Notes: generated by a model from the letters alone, not told the origin. A stretch of 62,000 nt of DNA from Wallemia ichthyophaga EXF-994 (GCF_000400465.1 NW_008806281.1:206001-268000); one strand, 5' to 3'. Counted from the stretch's first letter, positions 11,565 to 25,491 are shown. Numbers and translations: made by a program.

Positions 11565-12981
11565 TCAATACCAAGGTTGACGATTATCCGTGATTGCATT
11601 ATGAGTGAATGATTTACCACCCTCCCCAAATTCGCCTACGATGTGACCATTGTCTGCAATACTCCTGAGTATGTATTTGTATATAACCAGTCCCTCTAAA
11701 CCGACAGGACCTCTAGCGTGAGTTTTGCCAGTGGCTACACCAAATTCAGCGCCAAATCCATACCTAAACCCATCAGCGAATCTAGTCGAAACGTTGACAT
11801 AGCACCCAGCGCTGCCAACGCCCTTCATCCAGGTGTTCTTGTTGGTGCTGTTTTCAGTAACAATACAATCTGTGTGATGGGAGCCGTGAGTGTTGACGTG
11901 CACGATAGCCTCGTTTATGCTGTCGACAACCTTTACTGATATCTCGTAATCGAGCCACTCAGTGTGGTAGTCGGTATCTGTGGAGAGCAAGAGCTGACTG
12001 GAAAATTGCTGATGAACATCTTTGGAGATATTCTCAAACGACGTCTGATCGCAGTGCATAGTCACTGGATTCTTATTCTTCAACAGCGCCAAAGCTATAG
12101 TGTCCAAATTGCTCAGTTGAGAGCGGTGCAGGAGGAGAGTTTCGGTGGCGTTACAAACACTTGGATAGTCTGTTTTAGAGTCGACTACTACGCGCACTGC
12201 CTTATTGAGATCTGCAAATTGATCGACATAGACGGAGCAAATTCCATCTGCATGACCCATAACGGGAATTCTGCTATTCTCTTTAATACTCTGAACCAAC
12301 GCTTTTCCACCTCTAGGAACGACAAGATCGATATATTTGTCGAGATGAAGGAGACTACTAACCTCGTCGCGAGTGTTGATAGTCTGGATGAGGTGAGGGA
12401 GAAGTTGAGTGCGTGATTTGAGTGCCTCTTGTATCACGCTGTTTAGTATTTGAGATGTGTGTTTCGATTCTTTACCGCCCTTGAGTATCGCCGCGTTACC
12501 CGATTTGATAGAGAGTGCAGCGACGTTGACGACGACTTCTGGACGTGATTCGAATATCACCAAGAGCACGCCAATTGGACACGCGACTCTGTACAACTCC
12601 AGCTCATCATCCAATTCAACAGCATAGCTAATCTTGTCGTTAGGATCATCGAGCGAGGCTATTTCCTCGAGTGATTGGATGATGCCGTTGAATTTGGTAT
12701 CGTTGTTCAACGCCAGCCTGCGCATCGATGGCGCTGATAGCTTGCCTTGTTCGACCAGTGTAGCTGCTTCCTGTGGGTGGAATTGGCTGGCATTTAACAC
12801 AAATTACACCCAAACACACCTTCAAATCACGCTCGTTTGCTGCATAAACCTCCTCTTTGCGGTGTTGTAGCTCGTCGCGTATCGCTAGCAGCGCATTCGA
12901 GCGCTGGGTAGACTCAAGTAACTGTGAAGCATCGAAAGCTTCCTTGGCTTTGTAACCGAGTAATTCTGCATTATCTGACAT
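11565..12981 (-). CDS. PRO2: Gamma-glutamyl phosphate reductase
   Basis: PIGVLLVIFESRP, AILKGGKE, DYPSVCNATETLL (catalytic Cys), RFADGFRYGFGAE, HARGPVGLEGL; one intron. Confidence 0.96.
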
Positions 12982-13016
12982 TCTCCGTTCTTCTCTCTTC
13001 ACAGTCCACGTTGAGG

Positions 13017-13511
13017 ATGTTGGGCGGGATATTGAGAAGAAATATCAGTCGCAGTGTTGGATGCAGCTACAGAGCTGCCACTGCATTCCCAAAGCTCACC
13101 AGACCATTCACGCACTCCCCCACACGCTTTCACAAAATACCTACCGACGGTACATCCACCCCGATAGGCCATGTCGATCCACGCCTTCAAATAAGCTTCA
13201 CTTGCACCGTCAAAGATTGCGGCGAAAGATCCACCCACGAATTCGCCAAGAGCAGCTACACCAAGGTGGGTTTGTCACCGTCACGTCATTCTTACTCGCT
13301 GCTTACACCCAACTCACAGGGCATCGTTATTGTTCAGTGTCCGGGCTGCAGCAATCGCCATCTCATCGCTGATAACCTTGGCTGGTTCAAACAGCCCGAT
13401 ACAGCCCAAGGAGAGCTGCGCACCGTCGAAGATCTCATGCGCGCTAAAGGCGAAAAGGTACGCAGGGGTGTTTTACAACAAGGTGGTGAAACTATAGAGT
13501 TTTCTGATTGA
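13017..13511 (+). CDS. ZIM17: Mitochondrial zf-DNL Hsp70 escort protein (Zim17/Tim15/Hep1)
   Basis: FTCTVKDC...SY.KGIVIVQCPGCSNRHLIADNLGWF; Arg-rich presequence; 54-nt in-frame intron. Confidence 0.92.
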   Translation: MLGGILRRNISRSVGCSYRAATAFPKLTRPFTHSPTRFHKIPTDGTSTPIGHVDPRLQISFTCTVKDCGERSTHEFAKSSYTKVGLSPSRHSYSLLTPNSQGIVIVQCPGCSNRHLIADNLGWFKQPDTAQGELRTVEDLMRAKGEKVRRGVLQQGGETIEFSD

Positions 13512-13530
13512 CTTGGTCCCTCGTTCTTGC

Positions 13531-14708
13531 TTATATTCTCTGTCTCGATGTATATGTCTCCATTCCACTGCTCTTATCTGTCTGGCTGCGACAGAACTTG
13601 AGTACCAGCCGCTCTAGCTCCTTGCTGTCTCCGAGGTCTTGAATAAAGGGTATGAGATCAGCAGCAAACCATTTGCCACGCATCTTGAACAACTCCTGGA
13701 ATCGTGTAGACGGTGCTTTGGAGAGGGAGGAAGAGGTGAAAAACTTGACTCTACCTGCTTCTATGAGGTAGGAGCCTTTGAGAAGGTCTAGTGAGCAGTA
13801 CGATGACAGCTCGTAGCCCACTCTTTCTTTCCAGTCGTCGATGAATGTTTCGAAAGGCGTGGGGTGTTTGTGAGTCTTCAAAATGCACACGCCCATCTCC
13901 TTGACAAATGCGTTTATATCGAGCGATGTAGGAGTGCTCATAAACCAGTCCATGACAGTATCTGTGTATTGTTTATCTACGTTGTGCTCCTCGTGTACCT
14001 TCTCCACCACCCTCTGTTTGTCCAAGTTAGTCATGGACATTCCCAGCAACTCGAGTGTATTCGCTATGAGATCGAGAGTGCGCATCAGGCATTCAGCATC
14101 TACCGGTCTGTACTCTCCGTTGTAGTGCACTATCTTGCGTGCTGTCAGAGCGTGTCTCATTTCCTCATCACTCGCTTGGATCGAGCTGCTCAAACGCTTG
14201 TAATCATATCGCAGGCTGCTATCGACGTCTCTATCTTTGTCTGTCTGTGTAGAGTGTGTTAGTGGCGGTCTTACTAGCTCATCCCGTCCTACACACATTA
14301 GACTCAGTTGGATCGAGTAAAACGCGATGTGAGAGTATTTGATCGAGTTTGTCCATATTTGGTATACACTTGTGTGTTTCGAGTATTTCATGGAATGTGT
14401 TTACTATGTGTGTATCGTGTGTATCGTGTGTATCGTGTGTATCGCGTTCAAGCAGCGTCAGGCTGTTGGAATGCATTCTATTCTTCAGCAGGTAAGTATT
14501 AGAGTTGCTACATAACACAGCATCCTCATCTCCGTCGCCTTTGAATTCCAAACTAAACGAGAAGTACGGTGAGTGATATAGCCAGCCAAAAACCACGCGA
14601 CACGCACACTTGTTGCTTTTCTAGCGCCTCCACCAGCTCATTATCTAATTCGAGTAGCTTGAACTCATTTTTATTCTTATCATTTAATCCCGTTGATATC
14701 CTTATCAT
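13531..14708 (-). CDS. DCC1: Sister-chromatid cohesion protein Dcc1 (Ctf18-RFC subunit)
   Basis: FKLLELD, DAVLCSNSNTYLLK...HSNSL, SIQASDEEMRHAL, RFQELFKMRGKW...L.PFI; multi-exon. Confidence 0.85.
14409..14444. repeat. (TGTGTATCG)4 coding minisatellite encoding DTH repeats in Dcc1
   Basis: Four perfect 9-nt units read directly. Confidence 0.9.
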
Positions 14709-14731
14709 TTTGAGTGTTTCCTTCAAGCCCC
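14709..14731. promoter_or_regulatory. 23-nt spacer between divergent start codons (DCC1 / PTPA)
   Basis: ATG at 14708 (-) and 14732 (+); both N-termini fit their families. Confidence 0.5.
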
Positions 14732-15976
14732 ATGCAACAGCCACCTCAGCGTAGAATATTTACAGAGAACGATTTACACCTGTGGTGCACATCGAAGGCA
14801 TACACTGGATTGACTGCGTTTATTGTCGAGCTCAATGAAGCTGTGGTGGATAAGTCCATGGATTTGGACAGCACTGGGAAATCAGAACTAGATTCAGAAT
14901 CAGATAGCCCGATTAACAACCTACTCTCCCTCATCCAAACTACCGATAGCTGGATCGATGACATAACTCCAGTTGACAGCCCACAGCGATTCGGTAATAC
15001 GGCTTTCAGGGACTGGGGAAGGAGGTTGGAAGAGGTGAGTGTATGTATTTAATACTTAATAATCTAATTGTACCATCCACCACCAAAGAACGCAGCTCAA
15101 ATGTTAACTCCGCTACTTCCAAACAATAACCACACAGACGCACTAAACCAGATAACGCCCACCCTCCTAAATGCTTTCGGGTCTTTTGTCCGAATAGACT
15201 ATGGTACCGGCCACGAGTTATCATTCATCGTCGTCCTATACATGCTGAGACAAATCGGAGTGCTGAACTCGACGCACAACTATGAGCTAATCGCCAAAGT
15301 ATTTGTCAACTACTGGAAAACAGTAACACGTCTTCAAATCACCTACAAACTTGAACCAGCAGGCAGCCACGGCGTGTGGGGATTAGACGACTACTGTTTC
15401 ATGCCCTACATCTTCGGTTCGGCGCAGATAAGGAGCACTGACACGCCACCTTCCCGTCTCTTCCACCAGACAGACGCTTTCCCTGATACACACACCAATC
15501 TTTACGCCCGCGCTGTGTCCAATATACACCAATTCAAGAGCGGTCCGTGGCACGAACACTCGCCGCAGCTCTACAGCATCGCTCACACCGTCCCTAATTG
15601 GTTTAAAGTCAACAAAGGTTTATTTAAAATGTTCGATGCGGAGGTGTTGAAGAAGAGGGTCGTTGTCCAGCATTTGCTCTTCAGCTATCTCTTCCCTTTC
15701 GATAGTGATCCTGCGGCACAGCAAATCGATCACGGTGGGCTGCCTCTGTCGAGTGGGAGTGGTACTGGCACTAGCACTGGTATATCTACCGCTAGATTGC
15801 AGCACCAGCAAAATCACCAAACTCACAACCCTACACCCCGCTCACCTCACTCTGATACCCTCCTCCCTCCTCTTCTGTCGAGGAGCGAGAGGAAGAAACA
15901 GAAGGATACACTCGCTTCTTCCGGTTCTGCTGCTGCTTCTACGTCTCCATTCGGGGTGTTATCGAAACCATCTTGA
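14732..15976 (+). CDS. RRD1: PP2A activator PTPA (Rrd1/Ypa1-like)
   Basis: QRFGNTAFR, FGSFVRIDYGTGHELSF, LEPAGSHGVWGLDDY, KVNKGLFKMFDAEVLKKRVVVQH; one intron. Confidence 0.9.
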
Positions 15977-16219
15977 TACTGTACTTTTATCCATGTTCGC
16001 TCGTCTTTATGCTTTACAAGATTATGTCACTTGAGTCATTTATCTAAGTCTACGTCATTTCGCACTTATAAGGATAATTTCTAATTTTACAAGGACATAG
16101 AATGGTAACCGCAATACTTGTCCATCCGAAAAGGAAAGGGAAGATGCGTTGGTATTTAATAGCTCCACGTGAATTCCCGCGAAACAGTCAATTGGTGTTA
16201 ATGTGATGTTCTTCTGATA

Positions 16220-16847
16220 TTACTGCTTCTGCTTCTGCTGCTGCTGCTGCTGCTGCTCTTGCATTTTCTCCTTCAAGGCTATCAAATCGTCGCGCTCATC
16301 GAGGTACCTCTGACAAGCATCCTTGAGTGACGCTGTACCAGTATCGATAGCATCCCAATTATCACGCAGCGAGGATATTTCGTCTTCTAACAAGCTCACT
16401 TTATTCAAAATATCTTCATGTACTTGCAACTCGCTGTTTAGTTTCTGTAGATGATTCTGATACTTTGATTCGTGTTCATTATCGATAGACTTCTCAATCT
16501 GCTCAAACCATTCGAGGTATTGCTGTGGAGTAGTGATGATTTCATTCTGCGTCTGATTATGCTCATTCTGAGGCGTGCCAGGTACTTCAAAGGGAGTGTT
16601 CAGATTTGGTGTTGCGCTTTTACTGATTTGCGATTTGTTCAGCTGACAAAGTAAACTAAGCAAATACTCTCCAACAAATCCCCACACTCACGCTTAGCTT
16701 TATCGGCAACGGTCGCTCGTATTCCGCACTGGCATTGGATAACACACTTAGGCTTTTGTTGGCTGTCGTGCTCAGCGGTGACTTGGATTCCCAAGCGTCG
16801 AGCGTCAGTGTGAGCGTCTTTGATGGTTTTTGCGTCGATTGCATCAT
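16220..16847 (-). CDS. COG3: N-terminal ~192 aa of COG complex subunit 3 (Sec34), ending in a poly-Q/QK tail; truncated gene or fragment
   Basis: LTLDAWESKSPLS, TPQQYLEWFEQIEKSI, SLKDACQRYLDERDDL match the COG3 N-terminus; intact intron 16643-16691; stop at 16220. Confidence 0.68.
16235..16255. repeat. (CTG)7 microsatellite at the COG3 truncation point
   Basis: Read directly. Confidence 0.9.
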
Positions 16848-16927
16848 CGCTGGACGGTTGTTGAACGTTGGCTGGTGAGTGGCTAAATTGAGGTACAGCA
16901 TCAATTTGCACACTCATCACAGTTAAT

Positions 16928-18503
16928 ATGGTGGTGAATGCATTCTTGCTGCTCCAATTGCTCGGCATAGCTTTCGCCTTCAACTCAACCTCAAACTCAC
17001 TCACCTACCAACAGCGCACGGCTATAGCACCAAATGGAGTCAACGTTGCGTTCAACTCACCTGGAAACAACACTCAATACACTCCATCTGTTTACTACAG
17101 TACAAATGCTACAAATATCACAGAAAATGCCTCTGGGGAGAGTTTAATGTATAACACTGCTCTTTCCACTACGCATAAAGTGGGTCTCAGAAACCTGACG
17201 TCAGACTGCACATATTACTACCAAACATGTCTAAACGTCGATGGCGAGTGCGCGCGTTCAGAGGTGCTTTCTTTCAAATCGGCAGTCTCGCCTGGATTGA
17301 CTGGAGAAGAGTTCAAATTTGCTGTCTTAGGTGACATGGGTGTGATGGGACCGCTTGGTGGGTGCAGCAGATGTAGCAAGTGTAACAAGGTCAATCCTCT
17401 AACACGCACCCAGGTCTATCCACAGAAGCACCCTCTAAAGTCGACGATTTCGCTCGACTTGACCAAGGAGAGCGCTCAACGATGAAGGCTCTCATAGAAA
17501 ATAAAGACAAGTATCAACTCATCATACACAACGGGGACCACGCCTATGCCGACGATGTAGGCAAGGTGAGTGGAACGTATGTGTAAAATTTGCACCTCAG
17601 ACCAGCTCGCGACAGGAAATTACCGATGGATACATCTCAAATGCCCTTAATGACTCGCTTCTTGAGCAGATGAGTGAGACATACGAGCTCATTCTCGAGA
17701 TTTACTTCAACCAGACATCGCAGTTCGCTAGAAGCACTCCTTACATGGTAGGCCCGGGGAACCACGAGCAGCTGTTGACGGAAGGTCATAACTACACAGA
17801 TCCATGGACCAACGAACCTATCCTAGTTGACGACATTCCTAACGGACAGCGCAACTTTACTTTTTACAACAACCGCTTCTTTATGCCCTGTGAGAGTGGA
17901 GAATTGTGCAATTTCTGGTGGAGTGTCGAGGCAGGTCCAATGAAATTCATCCAACTCAACACGGAAACCGACCTGAAAGCTGGCATACCTCCAGTGGATA
18001 TCACACAAGATCCAGAGCAAAATAACCTCGCTGAACCTAATGCTCAAATTGAATTTTTGGAGAAGGAGCTCAACAGTACCGACAGATCAATCACGCCGTG
18101 GTTGATAGTAGGCGGACATAGACCGTGGTATGGCACATCGCCAGACTGTCCCGGATGTAAGGAATCTTTCGAAGAGCTGCTGGTCAAGTATGATGTGGAT
18201 CTCGTCATGCACGGCCATGTACATCTCTACGAGCGTTTGGCTCCTATCTCAAATGGGACAGTCGATAAAAAGGGTCTTGACAATCCAACTTCCCCTTGGT
18301 ATATAATCAATGGCGCGGCTGGCCATTACGATGGATTGGACGATATGCCAGAGGATGTTTCACCACAGTCTAGAAACATTATTCAGGGCGAATTTGGATA
18401 TGATGAGATCACGATTCATAATCGTACCCATCTCACACATTCATTCATCGTTTCGAAGAATGACACCCTTCTCGACACGCAAACCCTTTACAAATCACAT
18501 TAG
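16928..18503 (+). CDS. Secreted purple acid phosphatase (FN3-like + metallophosphoesterase domain)
   Basis: Signal peptide; metal ligands GDMG, GDHAY, GNHE, VGGHRPWY, GHVH; two introns. Confidence 0.92.
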
Positions 18504-18801
18504 ATTGCTAAAGTATCATGGATTAAGATTTTCACCTGTTTCTTACTTTTATCTCTTTTGTAAATGTACCTTAATCTACACACAAACGCGAATCATAAAC
18601 AAAGGTGAATCCAATAGTAGATAACAAAGAATTAAGTAGACTGAGCAATTAAATAGTGAGTTGTGTCAACGGGTATGAGAAAGTGGATGTACAGATGTTG
18701 AGTGCTACGATGTCGTAAGTGTATTAAAAAGTAGTGTAAGCTCGGCCATCTCTTTCTTGCGGATTCGAGTTAATATAAATAGAGTAGTGTAGTGTAGTTA
18801 G

Positions 18802-18826
18802 TATATATATATATATATATATATAT
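18802..18826. repeat. (TA)12 microsatellite between convergent 3' ends
   Basis: Read directly. Confidence 0.95.
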
Positions 18827-18890
18827 GGATGTGAAATTGCTCATTAGGTATTCGCATACCATTAATTAATCGCCTTTACTATATCTGATC

Positions 18891-20937
18891 CTACTGCTGT
18901 TCCTCTTCAACAAAGATAGCAGCGTAATTCTCGAGAATAGTTTCAATTGCCTTGCACTGGTATTGCATATCAGCCAAAGCAGTGCCCTTGGCCTGTTCCT
19001 CTGGAGGTGGATTGAGAAGAGTAGGCCCAAAGACAATAGCAAGGTTAGATGTATGCATCGAGTTGATCTCATGCAGGTCCTTAACTTTATCCAAATGACC
19101 CATCAGATATTTGAGAGTGGAGTAGTTGCAATCCGGGAGTTGGTTGACCGTCTCATGCAGCTTGATGTGCCTCAGCCTGTCGTTCTCCACCTTGGCGGCT
19201 TCGACGAATTGTGCGTAAAGTTGATACGTCAGAAGAGGCTCAGGAAGCTCCCTGAACCACTGCTTAACAACACTCGCAACTACGTTAATATCCATAGCTT
19301 CTTCCTCTTGGAAGAGGTCTATGCCACCCACATCCTGGTCAATCTTTGCCTTGAGTGATTGGACTTTTGATGTTGTACCAGACAACCTGTATATACCCTG
19401 GCTGTCTAATCCTTGAGCTTCGATGATGTTGCTACATTTATCGACAATTAGAGGTATCTCTACATCATCTCTCACCATCTGCTCCGTCAAATCGACACCA
19501 AATGTCTTTCTAGATGAAAATGAAGGCAGCGAGGCGGTAGCAGCTTTCGGTGTTTGATTTTGAGAGTGTGATGCTGTTGGTATGCGGGCGTAAGATTGTG
19601 AAGGAGAGAATGACTTTGCTTGACTTTCGTAATCGGGACCATGCTTGGCAGGACCGGTTGTTTTTGGTTGAGAAATGGAATAGTTCTGCATGAAAGTCTT
19701 GAAGTCTTTCTGGTTGTCGATACCTTCAACCAAGGCTCTTAAACCGGGACCGTCTTCTTTTGCTAGAGGAGTGACAGTGACACCTTCGTTGAGGAGGGAG
19801 TTCTCTAATAAGAAAGCATAGCGTTCCAAATGATATTGAACACCTAAGTCAATCTCGTCGGAGCATTCCTTTAATGTTCTCACTATACGTGGCATGTAGA
19901 TCTCCCAATACTCTGAACGCAGACTAGAACTCTCCTGGGCATGTCGTTTGAAAGAATCGCTAGCTTGGGAGATTCTGTTGCGGATATCCTCCTCTTGCTT
20001 GAGTATGTGTGCAGGGTTACGACCTCTAAAGAAACCAGCACCTTTCCGCATTTTAGAGAAGCCACCTTTCTTATCGCTGTGTACAGAGGATTGAGAAGAG
20101 CCAGCATTTGCATTTGCGGCACGTGATATAGAACCCTCTTTAAGACTTTCGCCTTCTTTAATGATGAGAACGCGTTCTAATTCTTCAGCTACAGCGTCGA
20201 AACGGTGTTTGCTCTGGAATATGATGTGAGCGGAAGATTAAATTTAGAAAGGAACAAACTTTTTCGGTATTAGCTTCAGCTTCTTGTAGAAATTTTTCGT
20301 GTTTGTTTCCATAATCTTTTGCGTGCTTACGGCTTTTATCAACTTGTCTGTGAAGTTGAGATAGTTCATCTGAGATTTCATTGAGACGTGTAGCTAATCT
20401 AAGCTTGCCTTCACCGATAGACTCATGTAAGCGCATAATCGAGTGAAAAGAGTTGACAAATGAACCAGCTTTTGCCTCAGTTGAGCTATAAATTTCTGAC
20501 GTGGATTTACCAAGTTTAATCAATTGATTTCCATAGTCCTCTTCGATTTTGGACTTTCTTTTAAGGAAAGTGGAAGATTCTTTGCAGCTAATCATTGATT
20601 GCTTTATGCGTTCGAGGATAAGTGGAATCCCACATTCCAATTCACAAAGAGAGTTGTAAACGTTGTCATCGAAGCTTGTGGGTACTATATCACCTGGGAA
20701 TGTATTTCCATGCACCCCGCCAACACCGTTGAATGGTTCTTCGATTGATTCACTCAGTGGTGTTGGTGGTGTACCTAGAGAAGCGCCATCTGGGAGACTT
20801 GGGAGGGTGTGATTGATGTTTGGGTGTGTGGGTGTATGTGTCTGTGCCTGCGTCTCTGTCTGTGCCCTTGTCTGCGGCTGTGTCTCCGTGTGCAATTCCC
20901 CCGGCGTCTCCCGCTGCGGCTGTAAAGGGTTTTCCAT
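18891..20937 (-). CDS. RGD1: F-BAR + RhoGAP protein (Rgd1/Rga7-like)
   Basis: LLERIKQS-like ILERIKQSMISCKE F-BAR start; TFGVDL, GIYRLSG (Arg finger), VKQWFRELPEPLLT, NSMHTSNLAIVFGPTL. Confidence 0.9.
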
Positions 20938-21022
20938 TGCTTATTAGATGATGTTTATTAGATGATGGCTGTTACAAATCAAGGAGGGTTTGGCCAGGTT
21001 CAACACCAACGACCACCAACCA

Positions 21023-23298
21023 ATGGAAATAAAATTAAAGCCATTTGGTATAAAATCTGGAGAAATAGACAAATTTAAATTATCCAATAGATTTATTTCT
21101 AATAATCAAAGTACAAATAATGAGATTATTTTAAATATCAACTCGTTTGAGCGTCTTAACCAGCTTGAGCATGATAGATTGATCTATTTCGCGTGTCATG
21201 ACCCACTTGACCAACAAAATAGATCCCTTATTCACGCTGTTTATCCTATTTTCACTTCCTTACAACGCATACAAGATTTAAACCAATCAAATCTATCAAC
21301 TTACTCAAGATTTTCATCTTTATTCAAATCCACCTTGAACCAGCACTTGGATCATTGCAGTCCAACCAATCTACTCCACTCAGCTAATGTTTACGCTATT
21401 TGGTCCTTCTCTCATCTCCTCTATTTCCCTATCGATGGTCGTGGTGAAGGCATCGTCGCAGAAGAAATTCTAGATTGGATAAACACTATCGATATAGCTC
21501 CCACAACCGAAGAAGGCTTGGAGATTACCTCTTCAAATACCCCTCACCTTCATCACAACTTCTGGCCTTACATTTACAAATCCATTATTAGAGGTTTCCA
21601 TAAAACTGCAACACAGCCCCTTCACTCTTTACTCTCTCACCCAACTAAATCCATCAGCTCCACCGCTGAACGTCTCATTTCCCTTTTATACACCTTCCCT
21701 CGCTCGACCACCTACCAATTCGAACTTGATTACTTGGCTGCACATAGATCTTGGAGAGATGAAGCTAAACGAAGCTTATCTAGTATCGCCGATTTGTCTC
21801 AATATGCTGACGAATTTACAAAATACGTCTTTGATGACATCACCCTAGCTCTTCAACTTCTCTGTGGAAAGAAGGACAAAATCTTCCAAGTTGCAGACGA
21901 TTGGAGGGAGTGCCTCGCTGCTTTCGGCTTGTTTGTCGTTCCTTCCCTCCGCCGTGACGATATCCCGAGCGTTATTGATGAAATTTTCAACCAACTCCCC
22001 CTCGACACCACTCTCCCCGATCAGTGTATAGAAGCTGCTCTTGCTACTGCCGACACCACTAAAGTGAGTTGCATTATTTAATTGCGGCAAACCTAATCAA
22101 ATTAACCAGGCCATCACTTTATCCAACGAATTCGATCCATGGCTTGTTGCACACTTGACTGATCTGCTCGACAAAATTGGCGCTGTCGATCACGATCCAC
22201 AGTGAGTGTTTGTCTACCCTCCAAATCGTCTAACCCGTGTTGTAGATTCCCACTATCTCTCAGACAGCACTTCCTACTTCAATACGCAGATAAACTCGCA
22301 TCGGACCCTGGACTATGGACTATAACACTCGACTACTACGCCCAATGTGGAGTCGAAGGCGCAAGTCGAGTGAGAGCGTTGATAGTGCGTGTACCTCTCC
22401 AGCTCGATGCGCGCAGCGATCGCGACAACAAGATGGACGCTGACAATGTCTTTGATATTTCAACCGACTTGCCCAACTTAACGAGAGTAGAGGAGATACT
22501 GTCCATCTGCCAAGAGTACGCTCTCGAAGAAGAAGCGTCGGAGGTTTGCAGGAACACGGCTGAGCAGTTGCTCGACAGAGGGTTCTATGGGCTCGCCGTA
22601 GCTTTCTGCATCAGAGCGAAAGAGGCGCGCAAGCTCGGTCGTATCACTGACCTCATCCTCGAGGAATACATCACTCATGGCCAGACAGTCTTCAGCAATC
22701 TCGTCAACACTATCCCGACATCCCTCCTCAACGTGACGACGTCGTCTGCTGGTGGAATTGCCGATGGTGGAGATAGTGGCGATATGGGCAGCTTGGAAAT
22801 AGAGAATGATGGCACTCAGGATGCTTCGGCTCGCGCTCTAGCCAGAGATCCTGCCGTTTCATCGCGATTGGCTTTCCTAGCGCGCTACAAAGAGTTCCAT
22901 AGTCACCTGAAAACTAATAATAGAGAAAACGCGGCTGTTTTACTTGTTGAGATGCTTTCCACTGAGATGGCTCCAAGACGTTTCTGGAGTGTTTTGTTGG
23001 CTGACGCACTCCCACTGCTAGAATGTGAGTTATTTCCCTCCTTCTCATCACAATTTGGCTCACATCTGCAGACTCTGAAATACTCTTCACTACGGAAGAA
23101 GCGTATGAGTTATTGAGGATATTGGAGGACGTGCATACTGGCGTGCGCGCTAACAGCGAGAGAGAATATTTAGATCCATTGGCTCGTCTGCTTGCTAAAG
23201 ATGGCACACCATCGTACCATCGCGCATTATCTGAGTTGGAAGTCGTTAGGCTAGCACTGGCGAGATACATAGCCAAATGCTGTGTATTGGTTGAATAG
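21023..23298 (+). CDS. NUP85: Nucleoporin Nup85/Nup75
   Basis: GEGIVAEEILDWIN, HHNFWPYIYKSIIRG, DWRECLAAFGLFVVPSLRR, WLVAHLTDLL, APRRFWSVLLADALPLL; multi-exon. Confidence 0.9.
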
Positions 23299-23425
23299 AA
23301 TGTAATATATTATTTATAACTCGTTTAGCTTGTTTGCTGGAAATATTGTTACAATGCTTGTTGCTCAGTGGTAATAATGATAAAATGCCCTTGCTACTTT
23401 AGTTTATTTTAGTTAAATTGTCGAC

Positions 23426-25372
23426 TTAGACATTCTCAAGTGTCTTGTGCCATTCTATAACTCGTCTATGAGCCATAACCTTGTCAGGCTTGAAACCTAG
23501 TATCTGTAGTCCATCCAACGAGGTAGCACGAGAGATAGCGACGTAACATTGACCTCTTTCGAAAATAGATGACAAATCGACTTTGACTCTCTCGAGCGTC
23601 TGACCTTGTGATTTGTGTATCGACATTGACCAAGCCAAGATGAGCGGAACTTGATTTCTACTTGCTTCAATCTTTCCATTAACGCCCTCTGTTCTCCATA
23701 CATCTGGAACACACAGCAATTCTCTGTATCCGCCATTTGGGAGCAAGAAGTGTACAAGAGGGTAAGCAGTTCCTTGATCTTTTTTTGTTGGCTGTCCACT
23801 GACTTGGGGATCCCCTTTCCTTGCGCCCAAAGCAGCTGAACGAGCTTTATGCACGCTATCATCGTACTCTTCATCCTCCTCTAATCTTTTACTTGCTTCA
23901 CCACGCGTGTATCTTACAGCATCAATAAAATCTATGACCCTTCCTAGTGAGCCATTCACTAACGTTTCGTCAATGTTCTTAATTAGCATTACTTGACAAC
24001 CGAGTTTGATATGCAGCTGTTTCGGTGCCATGAAGTTGGACAAGACCTTGTCACGCTGATCGACAGGCAGCTCGCCCGAGTCTAATGCACTGAATGTTTT
24101 TGTTTCACCTTCAAGTTGATTCATTCTGCCATTGTTCGATTGATCGACTTGCTGACGCAGCGGGTAGAGCTCAGTCGGCTGAATTTGATCAGCAAATACC
24201 AGTGGTCTTGAAAGACTCTTGAATATTCTAATCGAGTTGTCTGAAAGCTTCCCGAAACGCATCTCGTTAAGCATATTGATGAACGTCTCATCTCTCTGAC
24301 GGAACACTTGGCGGAGGTTGATTGTATGTGCAATGACACGCGTCCAGGATTCAGCGTCAAAGCAGAAATTTGGTGCTGAACCTTTACTAACGGGTGGAAG
24401 TTGAAAGAAATCACCACAAACGACAATCTGAATATTTCCGAAAGGTTCAGGACGTTTACGGATGTTCCTTGCTAACCCTTCAAGCTTGTCGAATAGTTCA
24501 CCATCAACCATGGATACTTGAAATTTGTGAGTAAATGGAGTCACATTGTGAAAAAACCTCCACACACCTTCATCAATGATGAGTACCTTAACTCTAGTCC
24601 ACCGTTTCAATGCTTTTGGGTTACGTTTGACTTTCTGCGTGAGAGCGTTGACGTTCTCATTACACAAACCACATCCTGTGAAGGAATGCAGAGTTGTACC
24701 ACCGATGTTACACGCCGCAATACCAGTGGAAGCAGTAACAGCAACGCTTTCGGGGCCCTTTTTGAATTTCTTGCGCAGACTGGTTATAATTTCTCTGAGA
24801 AGGACGGATTTACCAGTACCTGCGGAACCGGTGAAGAAGACATTTTTAGATTCATCGACGACCATCTGCAAGACTTTCTGCTGTTCATTGGAGAGTCTAA
24901 GTTTGCGCTGTACGAGGGGTGCGGGAGTCGCAGATGAAGTTGGGTTGTTAACTTTAGCCACGTCTGGAGGGGGTTGATTGAATGATTTGGGATCATTGCT
25001 GTCCTTAGACTCCTTCGAAACCTTTGCATCCCTAGCGTCCCTACCATCCAGATCAGAATCGTTGAGTACAAAAGATCTCTTTTCTTGAATCGGCTTGAGC
25101 TTCTTTGGAGCGTGTTCTTGAGTCGGCGCGGATAACGCTGAACCAGTGGATGCATTGGAGAGTGCTGCCATTATAGCAGCACGTCGACGAGCAGCGCCGT
25201 CCGTAGCATTCTTTTGAGGCGCTGGCTTTTCTTCTTTTGAATCGTGATTGGCGTCGTCCCAGGAGCGCTTGAAGGACTGGAAACAAGGAAATTAGAAAGG
25301 ATTTGAGTGGATTACTGGCCATCTCACGTTCAGCTTCGAATCCGTGTTGGTTGCTTTGAGTGGGCCGCCCAT
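23426..25372 (-). CDS. PIF1: Pif1-family 5'-3' DNA helicase; in-frame upstream ATGs at 25456 and 25495
   Basis: FFTGSAGTGKS, ASTGIAA, IGGTTLHSF, IDE|VSMVDG (51-nt intron), CGDFFQLPPV, VFRQRD, WSMSIHKSQGQTL, YVAISRA. Confidence 0.96.
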
Positions 25373-25491
25373 AACGATGACACAATGATGGACGTATGCA
25401 AGCACAGCACGAGTAAGATAAGACAAGGGAAAAATAAATGTAAAAGTAAAAAGCATCTTCAGAGGTTTTAAACATGGAAAAGGTATACCAT

